Shown: piece by piece, positions 8,921 through 21,302 of the stretch
Layout: each line of letters begins with the position of its first letter
Position numbering within the stretch: position 1 is the stretch's first letter
Source of the DNA: Escherichia coli
GTDB taxonomy: Bacteria; Pseudomonadota; Gammaproteobacteria; Enterobacterales; Enterobacteriaceae
Length of the DNA: 64,000 bases
Direction: 5' to 3' (one strand)
NCBI RefSeq assembly: GCF_044324875.1
Contig: NZ_CP172185.1
Translations under genes and position numbers: made by a program
Notes under the pieces: model-generated
What the model saw: the letters and a program-made list of their open reading frames with translations, nothing else
What the model was told of the DNA's origin: nothing
Databases searched by the model: none

Positions 8921-9397
8921 ATGATATTATTTGTTGGATTTTTGTTGATGGAAATTGTTATGCCTCAGATTAGCCGGACCGCACTGGTACCCTACAGCGC
9001 GGAGCAAATGTATCAGTTAGTGAATGACGTTCAGTCTTATCCTCAGTTTTTGCCGGGTTGTACCGGAAGTCGGATTCTGGAGTCCACTCCTGGGCAGATG
9101 ACTGCGGCGGTAGATGTCTCTAAGGCTGGGATCAGCAAAACGTTTACTACCCGCAACCAGTTGACCAGTAACCAAAGTATTCTTATGAATCTGGTGGATG
9201 GGCCGTTCAAGAAATTGATCGGTGGATGGAAGTTTACGCCGCTGAGCCAGGAGGCGTGTCGTATCGAGTTTCATCTCGATTTTGAGTTTACCAATAAGTT
9301 GATTGAACTCGCCTTTGGTCGCGTGTTTAAAGAGCTGGCGGCTAATATGGTCCAGGCTTTTACGGTTCGTGCGAAAGAGGTTTACAGTGCCAGGTAA
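8921..9397 (+). CDS. ratA: Ribosome association toxin RatA (PasT), SRPBCC-family
   Basis: 158-aa ORF; conserved synteny divergent from smpB. Confidence 0.8.
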
Positions 9398-9677
9398 AAT
9401 TGCCGTTGAGGTGGCTTATGCGCTACCTGAGAAGCAGTACCTGCAGCGCGTGACGCTGCAGGAGGGAGCGACGGTTGAAGAAGCTATTCGCGCCAGTGGT
9501 TTGCTGGAATTGCGTACCGATATCGATTTAACTAAAAACAAAGTCGGCATTTACAGCCGTCCGGCCAAACTGAGCGATACCGTGCATGATGGCGATAGGG
9601 TGGAGATTTATCGTCCTCTCATTGCCGATCCGAAAGAGCTGCGCAGGCAACGAGCAGAAAAATCAGCGAATAAATAA
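9387..9677 (+). CDS. ratB: RatB (YfjF), small protein co-transcribed with ratA
   Basis: GTG start at 9387 with AAAGAGG ribosome-binding site at 9375-9380; 96 aa; overlaps the ratA 3' end by 11 nt. The ORF track start at 9303 is an upstream extension. Confidence 0.75.
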
Positions 9678-9738
9678 CAGACAGAAAAAAGGTGCTCATT
9701 GAGCACCTTTTTTAACGTCTTTGAGAGCAACTTTATTA

Positions 9739-10080
9739 TTAGTTACCACTCAGCGCAGGTTTATTATCAATATTGGTCAACACCCCGCTACTATTAAAGG
9801 TCAGCGTCAGCGTTTGCTGCGTTACACCTTCATGACCTGGTTGCTGGCGGAAGACATAGAACCAGGTATTCGTACCAAATGGATCGGACATCAGCGGTGT
9901 ACCCAATGCGTACGCAACTTGTTGTTGCGTCATGCCAACACGTATTTTGGATACGTCGTTAGCGGTCAGATAGTTCCCCTGGTTGATGTCAGGACGGTAA
10001 ACCACTCGCTCCAGAGTGGAACAGCCTGCGGTCAACATCAATAGTACTGCTGCTGCAGCAGTCAGCGTTTTACAGCGCAT
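9739..10080 (-). CDS. bamE: Outer membrane protein assembly factor BamE (SmpA) lipoprotein
   Basis: 113-aa ORF with lipoprotein signal ...LTAGCSTLE. Confidence 0.9.
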
Positions 10081-10228
10081 AGTGATTTGATTCCTTTTCG
10101 GGCCCGAGCAGTACGTGGCTCATCTGTAATATGCCGATGATAATAGACCTTTCATCACTTTAAAACCTTTTGCTTTCCGGTCTTACGGCGTTTTGCTGTT
10201 TACTCTGACCGTGAAGCAGGAAAAAAGT

Positions 10229-11890
10229 TTACGCCGCAAGTAGTTCTTTCGCATTCGCCAGTGTGTTACGTGTGACTTCACTGCCACCAAGCAGGCGCGC
10301 CAGCTCTTGTAACCGCGCTTTTTTATCCAGGGATTGCATATGCGTTTCTGTCATCGCACCATCGGTTTCTTTGCTGACAAAATAGTGTTGATGACCACAT
10401 CCCGCGACTTGTGGCAAGTGGGTAACACACATCACCTGAGTTGATTCGCCAAGTTGACGCAGCAGTTTGCCGACAACTGCCGCTGTTGGACCGCTAATCC
10501 CTACATCCACTTCATCAAAAATCAGTGCCGGGGTTTCCATTTTACGCGCCGTGATGACCTGAATTGCCAATGCGATGCGGGACAATTCACCACCGGATGC
10601 AACTTTGGCAATAGGCTGCATTGGCTGACCTGGGTTGGTGGTTACCCGAAACTCAATACGATCAGCGCCGTCAGCGCCCAGGTGATGCTCGTCAAATTTA
10701 ATATCGATCGTAAACTGCCCATGTGGCATAGAGAGCGCATGCATACTTTTGGTGATCAGCTGTGCCAACTCATTTGCATAATGCTGGCGTTGCAGGTGTA
10801 ATGCGTGCGCGGTTTCCAGTGCCTGCTGATGATGTTTCGTTACCGCCAGCGCGAGCGTTTCTTGTGAGTCGGCCTGATCGTCCAGTTGCTGCTGTTCTTC
10901 CAGTAGCGACTGGTAATACTGTGGCAATGCCTCAGGGCTGACGTGATGTTTACGTGCCAGCGAAATCTGTTTTGAGATGCGCTGTTCAAGTTCAAACAGT
11001 CGGTTGGGATCGAGATCCAGACGATCGCAGTAGTGGCGCAGTTCATCGCTGGCTTCAGTAATCTGGATGGTAGCTTCTTCCAGCATATCAAGTACGCCGG
11101 ACAGTTTGCTGTCCATGCCAATCAATTCGCTCACCAGTTGTTTAGCCGTGTAAAGCTGACTTTGCAGGTTTGCGTCTTCACCGTCGGCCATTACTGCCAA
11201 TGCATTCTGGCTGGTAGTCAGCAATTGACCGCTGTTCGCCAGACGTTTGTACTCTTCGTCGATTTGCTCAAACTCTCCGGGCTGCGGATTAAATTCGTTA
11301 AGTTCTTTTAATTGGTATTGCAGCAGTTCTGCACGGGCGGCGCGTTCCTGACTTAACTGTTGATGATGCGCGAGGTCACGGCAGCTTTGATGCCACAACT
11401 GATAACGTGCGGTCATTTCCTGGAGTAGAGAGGTTTCATTGGCATAGCCATCAAGCAGGAATTTTTGGTGCTCGGGTTTGGTGAGTAACTGATGAGCGTG
11501 CTGACCATGGATCTGAATCAGCAACTGACCCAGTTCGCGCAGTTGTGAAAGAGGAACCGCTGTACCGTTGATAAAACCACGGGAGCGACCATCGCTGCTG
11601 ATTACGCGACGAAGCAAACATTCATGCCCGTCTTCAAGCTGGTTTTCTTCCAGCCAGCGCAGGGCCGCTGGCGTATCTTTCAGAGAAAAACGGGCGCACA
11701 GGTCGGCACGAGCAGCGCCGGTACGCACCATGTCGGCTTCAGCGCGACCACCGAGACAAAGGCCGAGGGCATCTATTGCAATAGATTTACCCGCGCCGGT
11801 CTCGCCAGTTATTACGGTCATGCCGCTATGAAAATCAATCTCAAGCTCACGAACGATAGCAAAGTTGCTGATGGTCAGTTGTGCCAACAT
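10229..11890 (-). CDS. recN: DNA repair protein RecN
   Basis: 553-aa ORF with N-terminal Walker A GETGAGKS and SMC-like coiled coil. Confidence 0.95.
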   Translation of the reverse strand: MLAQLTISNFAIVRELEIDFHSGMTVITGETGAGKSIAIDALGLCLGGRAEADMVRTGAARADLCARFSLKDTPAALRWLEENQLEDGHECLLRRVISSDGRSRGFINGTAVPLSQLRELGQLLIQIHGQHAHQLLTKPEHQKFLLDGYANETSLLQEMTARYQLWHQSCRDLAHHQQLSQERAARAELLQYQLKELNEFNPQPGEFEQIDEEYKRLANSGQLLTTSQNALAVMADGEDANLQSQLYTAKQLVSELIGMDSKLSGVLDMLEEATIQITEASDELRHYCDRLDLDPNRLFELEQRISKQISLARKHHVSPEALPQYYQSLLEEQQQLDDQADSQETLALAVTKHHQQALETAHALHLQRQHYANELAQLITKSMHALSMPHGQFTIDIKFDEHHLGADGADRIEFRVTTNPGQPMQPIAKVASGGELSRIALAIQVITARKMETPALIFDEVDVGISGPTAAVVGKLLRQLGESTQVMCVTHLPQVAGCGHQHYFVSKETDGAMTETHMQSLDKKARLQELARLLGGSEVTRNTLANAKELLAA

Positions 11891-11975
11891 AGTTGTTTTC
11901 CTGTATGAAAAACCATTACTGTTATTGTGTACAGTATAAACTGGTTTTATATACAGTAAAGAGGCTGGCGTAAAA

Positions 11976-12854
11976 TTAGAATAATTTTTTTGACCAGCCG
12001 AGCTTGGTGCTTAATGTATTGAAATAACTGTAATCTTTCGGATGAATCAGATTCAGATGGTAATCACAGCGACGAATCAGGACATCTTCACCTTCCTGAA
12101 TCGGCAGTGCTATCTGGCTGTCGCAACTGATTTCCAGGTCGTTACGGCGATGCGAAAAACGCAGACGGATCGTGCTGCTGCTGTTTATCACCAGCGGTCG
12201 CGCTGACAACGTATGCGGGAACATGGGCACCAGGGTAATCGCATCCAGAGAGGGTGTCAGAATAGGACCGCCCGCAGAGAGGGAATAGGCGGTGGAGCCT
12301 GTTGGCGTCGAAATAATTAGTCCATCAGATCGCTGAGAAAACGCAAAGATCTCGTCGATATACACTTCGAACTCAATCATATGCGCCACTTTGCCTGGAT
12401 GAAGCACCACTTCATTTATCGCGGTGCTGATGCGTTTCTGGCAATCTTGCTGACAGACTTGCGCTTCCAGCAAAAAACGTTTCTCGCTTATGTAGTGACC
12501 TTCCAGCACATCGGCTAATTGTTGCTGGGCGTTATCGGGGTCAAGGTCAGTCAGGAAACCCAGGTTGCCACGGTTGATTCCAATAACTTTAATATCGTAA
12601 CGGGCGAGCGTGCGCGCCGCGCCCAGCATATTACCGTCGCCACCAACGACTACCGCGAGATCAGCCAGTTGCCCAATCTCCGCGAGCGTGCCAGTTTTCA
12701 CATTCTTCAGTTGCAGTTCGTGAGCGATTTGTTGCTCAACGATGACCTCGTAACCTTTTGTGCACAGCCAGCGGTAGAGCATTTCATGTGTTGTCAGTGC
12801 AGTGGGGTGCCGTGGGTGTCCCACAATGCCAATACACTTGAAATGATTATTCAT
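11976..12854 (-). CDS. nadK: NAD kinase
   Basis: 292 aa starting [14 protein letters not shown]; GGDG motif present. The ORF track start at 13031 is an upstream in-frame extension. Confidence 0.9.
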
Positions 12855-12902
12855 TTTTCCGAGGTCCTTGTTGCGAAGATTGATGACAATGTGAGTGCTT
12901 CC

Positions 12903-12931
12903 CTTGAAACCCTGAAACTGATCCCCATAAT
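12903..12931 (+). promoter_or_regulatory. Sigma-32 (heat-shock) promoter of grpE
   Basis: CTTGAAA at 12903-12909 and CCCCATAAT at about 12923-12931, about 45 nt upstream of the grpE ATG; matches the sigma-32 consensus CTTGAAA / CCCCATNT. Confidence 0.6.
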
Positions 12932-12951
12932 AAGCGAAGTTAGCGAGATGA

Positions 12952-13569
<618 letters not shown>

Positions 13570-13591
13570 TTTCTGCTTTCGTAATAATTCA

Positions 13592-13621
13592 CGGCCCTGC
13601 ATGCGAATGCAGGGCCGTTTT
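13592..13621. terminator. Rho-independent terminator between convergent grpE and yfjD
   Basis: Perfect 11-bp stem CGGCCCTGCAT / ATGCAGGGCCG with GCGA loop, followed by TTTT. Confidence 0.65.
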
Positions 13622-13623
13622 CG

Positions 13624-14910
13624 TTACTCCGCCACACTCTCGCGCAGCGGTTTCACAGGAAAAACTTTTACCTGCTTAATCATATTGTCCTGTACGTCGA
13701 GAATATCAATATCGTACTCGCCAATACGCACGCGGGTGCCTGCGACAGGGATCTCTTCCAGTGCCTCAAGAATGACGCCATTAACCGTGCGGGCATCATC
13801 TTCCGGTAGATGCCAGTTAAAGGCTTTGTTGATTTCCCGCACGTTGGCAGTGCCATCAATAATCACCGAACCGTCGTTTTGCGGAGTGACTTCTTCGGCA
13901 AGTGTTGGCGACATCGACGTGGTGAAATCACCAACTATCTCTTCCAGAATATCTTCAACCGTCACCAGCCCCTGAATGTCTCCATATTCGTTGACGACCA
14001 GGCCGACTTTCTTTTTGTTGCGCTGAAACTTCACCAACTGCGTGCTGAGGGGCGTACCTTCCGGGACAAAATAGATCTCGTCCGCGGCGCGCAGCATGGT
14101 TTCTTTGGTGAACTCTTTTTTCTCCGACATCAACCGCCAGGCTTCACGTACTCGCAGCATACTGATGGCGTCGTCCAGCGAATCACGGTAGAGCACGATG
14201 CGCCCGTGAGGTGAGTGGGATAGTTGGCGCAGAATCGATTTCCAGTCATCGTTGATATCAATACCGATAATTTCACTGCGCGGCACCATGATGTCATCAA
14301 CGGTCATCTTTTCCAGATCGAGCACAGACAGCAGCATATCCTGATTGCGACGGGAAATTTGTGAGCGCGACTCATGCACGATAGTGCGCAACTCTTCTTT
14401 GCTCAAAGAGCCGCTAACCACGATATCGGTTTTGATACCCATCATGCGCATCAGCATACGGGTGATAGCATTCAGCAACCAGACCAGCGGCATCATCAAA
14501 ATTTGCAGCGGAGCCAGCAGAAAACTACTCGGATAAGCGACTTTTTCCGGGTACAGCGCGGCAATGGTTTTCGGCAATACCTCAGCAAAAACCAGTACGA
14601 CAAAAGTCAGCACACCAGTCGCAATTGCCACGCCCGCATCGCCGTACAAACGCATCCCAACAATAGTGCCGAGCGCGGAGGCAAGAATATTGACCAGGTT
14701 ATTGCCGATTAATACCAGGCTTATCAGGCGGTCTGGCTTACGCAGCAATTTTTCGACGCGCTTGGCCGAGCGATTACCCTGTTTCGCCATATGTCGCAGA
14801 CGATAGCGGTTGAGGGTCATCATTCCGGTTTCGGACCCGGAAAAATAGGCTGAAATGACCACCATGATGATCAGAATAATGATCAACGTAGTAGTAGAAA
14901 TGTGTTCCAG
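13624..14910 (-). CDS. yfjD: CNNM/CorC-family inner membrane protein YfjD (DUF21 + CBS pair + CorC_HlyC)
   Basis: Body is the ORF-track ORF 13624-14886 (TTG start). I extend 8 codons to CTG at 14908-14910 because a perfect AAGGAG sits 6 nt upstream of it; the start codon is uncertain (see findings). Confidence 0.75.
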   Translation of the reverse strand: MEHISTTTLIIILIIMVVISAYFSGSETGMMTLNRYRLRHMAKQGNRSAKRVEKLLRKPDRLISLVLIGNNLVNILASALGTIVGMRLYGDAGVAIATGVLTFVVLVFAEVLPKTIAALYPEKVAYPSSFLLAPLQILMMPLVWLLNAITRMLMRMMGIKTDIVVSGSLSKEELRTIVHESRSQISRRNQDMLLSVLDLEKMTVDDIMVPRSEIIGIDINDDWKSILRQLSHSPHGRIVLYRDSLDDAISMLRVREAWRLMSEKKEFTKETMLRAADEIYFVPEGTPLSTQLVKFQRNKKKVGLVVNEYGDIQGLVTVEDILEEIVGDFTTSMSPTLAEEVTPQNDGSVIIDGTANVREINKAFNWHLPEDDARTVNGVILEALEEIPVAGTRVRIGEYDIDILDVQDNMIKQVKVFPVKPLRESVAE

Positions 14911-14930
14911 GGGAAACTCCTTTTCTGGGT

Positions 14931-15722
14931 TTAGCTGATTAACTGCTGGACAATTCGGCTGCCGAAGTAGGCCAGTGTCAGAATGACTGCACCCGCAACG
15001 TTAAACCAGACGACGCGACGTCCACGCCATCCTTCATGATAATGTCCCCACAGCAGCACAATATAGACAAACCACGCCACGATAGAGAGCACGGCCTTGT
15101 CGATATTTTCCATGCTAAATAAGTTGTGCATGTAGAACAGGCCAGTGCAAAGCGTGAGCGTTAGCAGCACCACGCCAATCTGCGTGATGTGGAACATTTT
15201 ACGCTCGATACTCATTAATGGCGGCATTTCCTGGTTAAACGCCAGCTTCTTGTTCTTCAGTTGGTAATCAATCCACGCCAGTTGCAGCGCGTACAGGGCG
15301 GCGATAATCAGCGTGGCATAGGAAAAGAGCGATAAGCCAATGTGCACCAGCATCCCAGGCGTTGCTTCCAGATGAGTGATGTATTCATTGGGCATGAAGG
15401 TCGCCAGCGCCAGGTTGATAAGCGCAAAGGCATAGACAATGGGTAGCAGCAACCAGCCACGATTGCGAGAAGCCACAATGGTCATTACCGTACAGATCAT
15501 CAAACTGACCAATGAACCAACGTTCAGCAGGCTGAGGTTTTGTCCGCTATCACCGTCGGGCAGGATGCGGGCTTCCAGAGCGATTGCGTGGCAGACCAGC
15601 GCAATGACCGCAGAAATAATAGCCATGCGCCGCCAGCCGCCGTTTTTTTGCAGCAGACCGGGAACAATCAGCGCAAGACTGACGGAGTAGGCGACAAGCG
15701 CGAGCAGAGCAAAAACGGGCAT
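14931..15722 (-). CDS. ypjD: Inner membrane protein YpjD (cytochrome c assembly-like family)
   Basis: 263 aa starting MPVFALLALVAYSV; polytopic membrane protein. The ORF track start at 15797 is an upstream extension. Confidence 0.8.
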   Translation of the reverse strand: MPVFALLALVAYSVSLALIVPGLLQKNGGWRRMAIISAVIALVCHAIALEARILPDGDSGQNLSLLNVGSLVSLMICTVMTIVASRNRGWLLLPIVYAFALINLALATFMPNEYITHLEATPGMLVHIGLSLFSYATLIIAALYALQLAWIDYQLKNKKLAFNQEMPPLMSIERKMFHITQIGVVLLTLTLCTGLFYMHNLFSMENIDKAVLSIVAWFVYIVLLWGHYHEGWRGRRVVWFNVAGAVILTLAYFGSRIVQQLIS

Positions 15723-15888
15723 AGTGATGTCGACAGTTTGAGCAATAAGAAAGAGAAGCAGTATAGCGTCAGGTGAACGCTGCTCCAACCGTTGCATAAC
15801 AACAAAGACGCCTTCATGTTATACTGCGGCAAAATACTGATGATGTGTCGCGATTGCGGCCAACCGTTTCCACCCCAGGCGAGAGACA

Positions 15889-17250
15889 ATGTTTGATAAT
15901 TTAACCGATCGTTTGTCGCGCACGCTGCGCAATATCAGTGGCCGTGGACGCCTCACTGAAGACAACGTAAAAGATACGCTGCGCGAAGTGCGCATGGCGC
16001 TGCTGGAGGCGGACGTCGCTCTGCCGGTAGTGCGTGAGTTTATCAATCGCGTAAAAGAGAAAGCGGTTGGTCATGAAGTTAATAAGAGCCTGACGCCGGG
16101 GCAGGAGTTCGTCAAAATCGTCCGTAACGAACTGGTTGCGGCGATGGGCGAAGAGAACCAGACCCTGAACCTGGCTGCGCAACCGCCTGCGGTCGTGCTG
16201 ATGGCAGGCCTGCAAGGTGCCGGTAAAACAACCAGCGTTGGTAAACTCGGTAAGTTCCTGCGCGAGAAGCACAAGAAGAAAGTGCTGGTGGTTTCTGCCG
16301 ACGTCTATCGCCCGGCGGCAATCAAACAGCTTGAGACGCTGGCTGAGCAGGTGGGCGTTGATTTCTTCCCTTCTGATGTTGGTCAGAAGCCGGTTGATAT
16401 TGTTAACGCGGCGTTGAAAGAAGCCAAACTGAAATTCTACGACGTGCTGCTGGTGGATACCGCTGGTCGTCTGCACGTTGACGAAGCGATGATGGACGAG
16501 ATCAAACAAGTCCATGCGTCGATTAACCCGGTTGAAACCCTGTTTGTGGTTGACGCCATGACCGGTCAGGATGCGGCCAATACGGCAAAAGCATTTAATG
16601 AAGCGTTACCGCTTACCGGCGTAGTGTTGACCAAAGTGGACGGCGATGCCCGCGGCGGTGCGGCGCTCTCTATTCGTCACATCACTGGCAAACCGATCAA
16701 GTTCCTCGGTGTTGGCGAGAAAACTGAGGCGCTGGAGCCGTTCCATCCGGACCGCATCGCGTCGCGTATTCTCGGCATGGGCGACGTACTGTCGCTGATC
16801 GAAGATATCGAAAGCAAAGTTGACCGCGCGCAGGCAGAGAAATTAGCCAGCAAGCTGAAAAAAGGCGACGGCTTCGATCTCAACGACTTCCTTGAGCAGC
16901 TGCGGCAGATGAAAAATATGGGCGGCATGGCCAGCTTGATGGGCAAACTGCCGGGCATGGGGCAGATCCCGGATAACGTCAAGTCGCAGATGGACGATAA
17001 AGTGCTGGTGCGTATGGAAGCCATCATCAACTCAATGACGATGAAAGAGCGCGCTAAGCCAGAAATCATCAAAGGTTCACGTAAGCGTCGTATCGCCGCC
17101 GGTTGCGGGATGCAGGTACAGGACGTTAACCGCCTTCTGAAGCAGTTCGACGACATGCAGCGCATGATGAAGAAAATGAAGAAGGGCGGAATGGCGAAGA
17201 TGATGAGAAGCATGAAAGGGATGATGCCGCCGGGATTTCCTGGTCGCTAA
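15889..17250 (+). CDS. ffh: Signal recognition particle protein Ffh
   Basis: 453 aa; GTPase motif GLQGAGKTT and Met-rich C-terminal M domain. Confidence 0.95.
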   Translation: MFDNLTDRLSRTLRNISGRGRLTEDNVKDTLREVRMALLEADVALPVVREFINRVKEKAVGHEVNKSLTPGQEFVKIVRNELVAAMGEENQTLNLAAQPPAVVLMAGLQGAGKTTSVGKLGKFLREKHKKKVLVVSADVYRPAAIKQLETLAEQVGVDFFPSDVGQKPVDIVNAALKEAKLKFYDVLLVDTAGRLHVDEAMMDEIKQVHASINPVETLFVVDAMTGQDAANTAKAFNEALPLTGVVLTKVDGDARGGAALSIRHITGKPIKFLGVGEKTEALEPFHPDRIASRILGMGDVLSLIEDIESKVDRAQAEKLASKLKKGDGFDLNDFLEQLRQMKNMGGMASLMGKLPGMGQIPDNVKSQMDDKVLVRMEAIINSMTMKERAKPEIIKGSRKRRIAAGCGMQVQDVNRLLKQFDDMQRMMKKMKKGGMAKMMRSMKGMMPPGFPGR

Positions 17251-17420
17251 TCGGCCTGGCTTGTTTGCCATTTTGGCACCGGGGTGTGCTCGTCATCCTC
17301 ACGTACTGCGTGTACGCTCCGGTGACTGCGCGCACTCCGGCACCAAACTGGCTGCACCGCCGACGGCCTTTTACAGCAGAGTTAGCAACTGTTGATTGCA
17401 ATTTCCGCAAAAATGAGTAA

Positions 17421-17747
<327 letters not shown>

Positions 17748-17765
17748 TCTGTCACGGTGGTCATG

Positions 17766-18314
17766 ATGAGCAAACAACTCACCGCGCAAGCACCTGTTGA
17801 TCCCATCGTTTTGGGAAAAATGGGTTCGTCTTACGGTATTCGTGGGTGGCTCAGAGTGTTTTCTTCCACCGAAGACGCCGAAAGCATTTTTGACTATCAG
17901 CCCTGGTTTATCCAGAAGGCGGGTCAGTGGCAGCAAGTCCAGCTGGAAAGCTGGAAGCACCACAATCAGGACATGATCATCAAGCTGAAAGGCGTTGACG
18001 ATCGTGATGCGGCGAACCTACTGACGAATTGTGAAATTGTCGTGGATTCATCGCAGCTGCCTCAGCTTGAAGAGGGTGACTACTACTGGAAAGACCTGAT
18101 GGGCTGCCAGGTAGTAACCACTGAAGGCTACGATCTCGGTAAAGTCGTCGATATGATGGAAACCGGATCTAATGATGTTCTCGTCATTAAGGCAAACCTG
18201 AAAGATGCGTTTGGTATCAAGGAACGTCTCGTACCGTTCCTCGATGGGCAGGTTATCAAGAAAGTCGATCTCACTACTCGTTCAATCGAAGTAGATTGGG
18301 ATCCTGGTTTTTAA
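17766..18314 (+). CDS. rimM: Ribosome maturation factor RimM
   Basis: 182 aa starting [10 protein letters not shown]; part of the rpsP-rimM-trmD-rplS operon. Confidence 0.9.
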
Positions 18315-18344
18315 ACCACCGGATAAACGGTAAAAGACGGCGCT

Positions 18345-19112
18345 ATGTGGATTGGCATAATTAGCCTGTTTCCTGAAATGTTCCGCGCAATTACCGATTA
18401 CGGGGTAACTGGCCGGGCAGTTAAAAATGGCCTGCTGAGCATCCAGAGCTGGAGTCCTCGCGACTTCACGCATGACCGGCACCGTACCGTGGACGATCGT
18501 CCTTACGGCGGCGGACCGGGGATGTTAATGATGGTGCAACCTTTGCGGGACGCCATTCATGCAGCAAAAGCCGCGGCGGGTGAAGGCGCAAAGGTGATTT
18601 ATCTGTCACCACAGGGACGCAAGCTTGATCAAGCGGGCGTCAGCGAACTGGCAACGAATCAAAAATTGATTCTGGTGTGCGGTCGCTACGAAGGTATAGA
18701 TGAGCGCGTGATCCAAACCGAAATTGACGAAGAATGGTCAATCGGCGATTACGTTCTCAGTGGTGGTGAGTTACCAGCAATGACGCTGATTGACTCCGTT
18801 TCCCGGTTTATTCCGGGAGTACTGGGACATGAAGCCTCGGCAACGGAAGATTCCTTTGCTGAAGGATTGCTGGATTGCCCGCACTATACGCGGCCTGAGG
18901 TGTTAGAAGGGATGGAAGTTCCGTCAGTGTTACTGTCGGGCAACCATGCCGAGATACGTCGCTGGCGTTTGAAACAGTCGCTGGGCCGTACCTGGCTTAG
19001 AAGACCTGAACTTCTGGAAAACCTGGCTCTGACTGAAGAGCAAGCAAGGTTGCTGGCGGAGTTCAAAACGGAACACGCACAACAGCAACATAAACATGAT
19101 GGGATGGCGTAA
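18345..19112 (+). CDS. trmD: tRNA (guanine37-N1)-methyltransferase TrmD
   Basis: 255-aa [16 protein letters not shown]... Confidence 0.95.
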   Translation: MWIGIISLFPEMFRAITDYGVTGRAVKNGLLSIQSWSPRDFTHDRHRTVDDRPYGGGPGMLMMVQPLRDAIHAAKAAAGEGAKVIYLSPQGRKLDQAGVSELATNQKLILVCGRYEGIDERVIQTEIDEEWSIGDYVLSGGELPAMTLIDSVSRFIPGVLGHEASATEDSFAEGLLDCPHYTRPEVLEGMEVPSVLLSGNHAEIRRWRLKQSLGRTWLRRPELLENLALTEEQARLLAEFKTEHAQQQHKHDGMA

Positions 19113-19150
19113 GCCCCCGAGATATCAGTTTACCCAGGATAAGAGATTAA

Positions 19151-19501
<351 letters not shown>

Positions 19502-19530
19502 GGTTTCGCTTAAGCGACATCCTGTTAAGA

Positions 19531-19560
19531 AGGGCTGGCCAATTGGCTGGCCCTTTTTTT
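19531..19560 (+). terminator. Rho-independent terminator of the rpsP-rplS operon
   Basis: GC-rich hairpin GGGCTGGCCAATTGGCTGGCCC followed by a run of 7 T. Confidence 0.6.
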
Positions 19561-19577
19561 ATCTGTTTGCTCGTGTT

Positions 19578-20060
19578 TTAAGGGGTAGTAATCACCACTG
19601 CGACGCGGCGGTTCTCGGCGCGGCCCTGGGCGGTCTTGTTACTGGCTATGGGATATTTTTTTCCTAAACCCTGTGTGGTGAGATTGCTGCGCGGAATTTG
19701 TCCACCCATAGCCCATGCATCGGCCACGACATTCGCCCGTTTCAATGATAAGGCTTCGTTGTAACTGTCTTCACCATAGTTGTCGGTGTGTCCATCCATA
19801 CGGGCATGCGTTAGCCCTGTCGAGGCCAATTTGGCTGCCATGGTTTGGATCTGTTGCTGGCTTTCCGGGAGCAATTTGTAGTCATTTTTTGCGAACAGAA
19901 TGGCATCTGATAAGCCCAACGACCAGTCGCCGGCGGATTCAGTAAATCCATAAGATTGCATAGCGGCGACTTGCTCAGGAGTAAACTTTCCCTGAGGGGA
20001 CTGGCAGCCAGTCAGTATTAGCGAGGTGAAAATCAGGGGTACTACCAGGTGCTTTATCAT
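19578..20060 (-). CDS. yfiB: OmpA-family outer membrane lipoprotein YfiB
   Basis: 160 aa with lipobox ...LTGCQS. Confidence 0.9.
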   Translation of the reverse strand: MIKHLVVPLIFTSLILTGCQSPQGKFTPEQVAAMQSYGFTESAGDWSLGLSDAILFAKNDYKLLPESQQQIQTMAAKLASTGLTHARMDGHTDNYGEDSYNEALSLKRANVVADAWAMGGQIPRSNLTTQGLGKKYPIASNKTAQGRAENRRVAVVITTP

Positions 20061-20075
20061 ATCGATATATCCTTG

Positions 20076-21302
20076 TTATCTCACCAGCTTTTCGGCACGC
20101 TGGTGTTTGGCCTGATACATATTGTGATCGGCCAGCTCTTGTAATTTTTCCGCAGAGGCATGCTCAATGGTCATCGCGTAACCAATGCTTAATGTCATGG
20201 TGGTCTGATGACCATTATGAAGATCAAACGGGCGATTAAAGATTTGTGTCAGTGCTGAGCAAATCCGCTGTACTTCGGATTCCGACTGTACACCAAAGAG
20301 GACCATCGCAAATTCATCGCCGCCTATGCGGTATGCTTTATGTTGCAGCCCGCCAAATTCAGCTAACCGTTTTGCTACCTCAATCAAGACACGATCGCCC
20401 GTCGCATGACCCCAGGTATCATTGATATATTTGAAATTATCGCCATCAAGAAATAGTAACGCCGACGTTTTTCGGGCGTCGGAACTGCTCATCAACGTGT
20501 TGATACCGCTACGAAACGCTGCGCGGTTAGCCAGCCCGGTTAATGGGTCATGTAGCGCGGTACGTAGAAGCTGCGCATTTTTGGCCTGTAAACGAAGCTG
20601 CCACTCTTCCATTTCATCCAGCAGACTGTTGAAGTCGAGTGCGAAGCGGTGAAATTCTGCAATGCGTTCTTCCGAAACTCGTCGGGAAAAATTGCGGTTG
20701 GAACGTACGTCATGCACGACATCGGTGATATTTTTCAATGCTTCCACCAGGCCATTGTGCAAATGGCGGGTGAGGGTAATTGCGATGCCTGATGCCAGCA
20801 GAATGCAGGCGGTCAGGACAGCGAGCGAAAACCAGATAAAATGGCTGATTGAACTGTCGCGAGCGGTTAAGCGTACTTCGCCAATGGTTTCACCATTGTG
20901 ACGAATCGGCTGAATGATGGGGGCAGGGAAGAGCCAGTGGCTTATGAAATTGCTTAAAGTATCGCCTGGATCCTTACGGGTGTAATGCCAGGATGCCAGA
21001 ATATTTTGCTGCTTATCACGTACTTCTGCAGTTGAAAATTGCCCTTGCTGGCCCAGCGCTGCCAGTGTTTCAGTTGCTGCAGGGCCATCGGCAAAAACGA
21101 CAGCTGCTTCCAGACTGTAAGTCATTGTTGCTGCTGTCAGTGCCAGGTTTTTTTGCGCGTACTGTTTCAGGGTCAGCACCGAGGTCACGGAAAGCAGCAA
21201 CCAGATCAGCATCATAGTGATAAATATGCTGGTCATACTGATGTTGCGTAATGCTCTTTTAAACGTGGGGCGCTTATTAAGAGAATTATCGTTATCCATC
21301 AT
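20076..21302 (-). CDS. dgcN: Diguanylate cyclase DgcN (YfiN): periplasmic sensor, HAMP, GGDEF
   Basis: 408 aa; GGDEF signature RIGGDEF present. Confidence 0.9.

Noticed and set aside
15901-16515. 204-aa minus-strand ORF inside ffh
   Set aside because: Antisense to ffh, a universally conserved gene; Arg/His-rich translation typical of a wrong frame.
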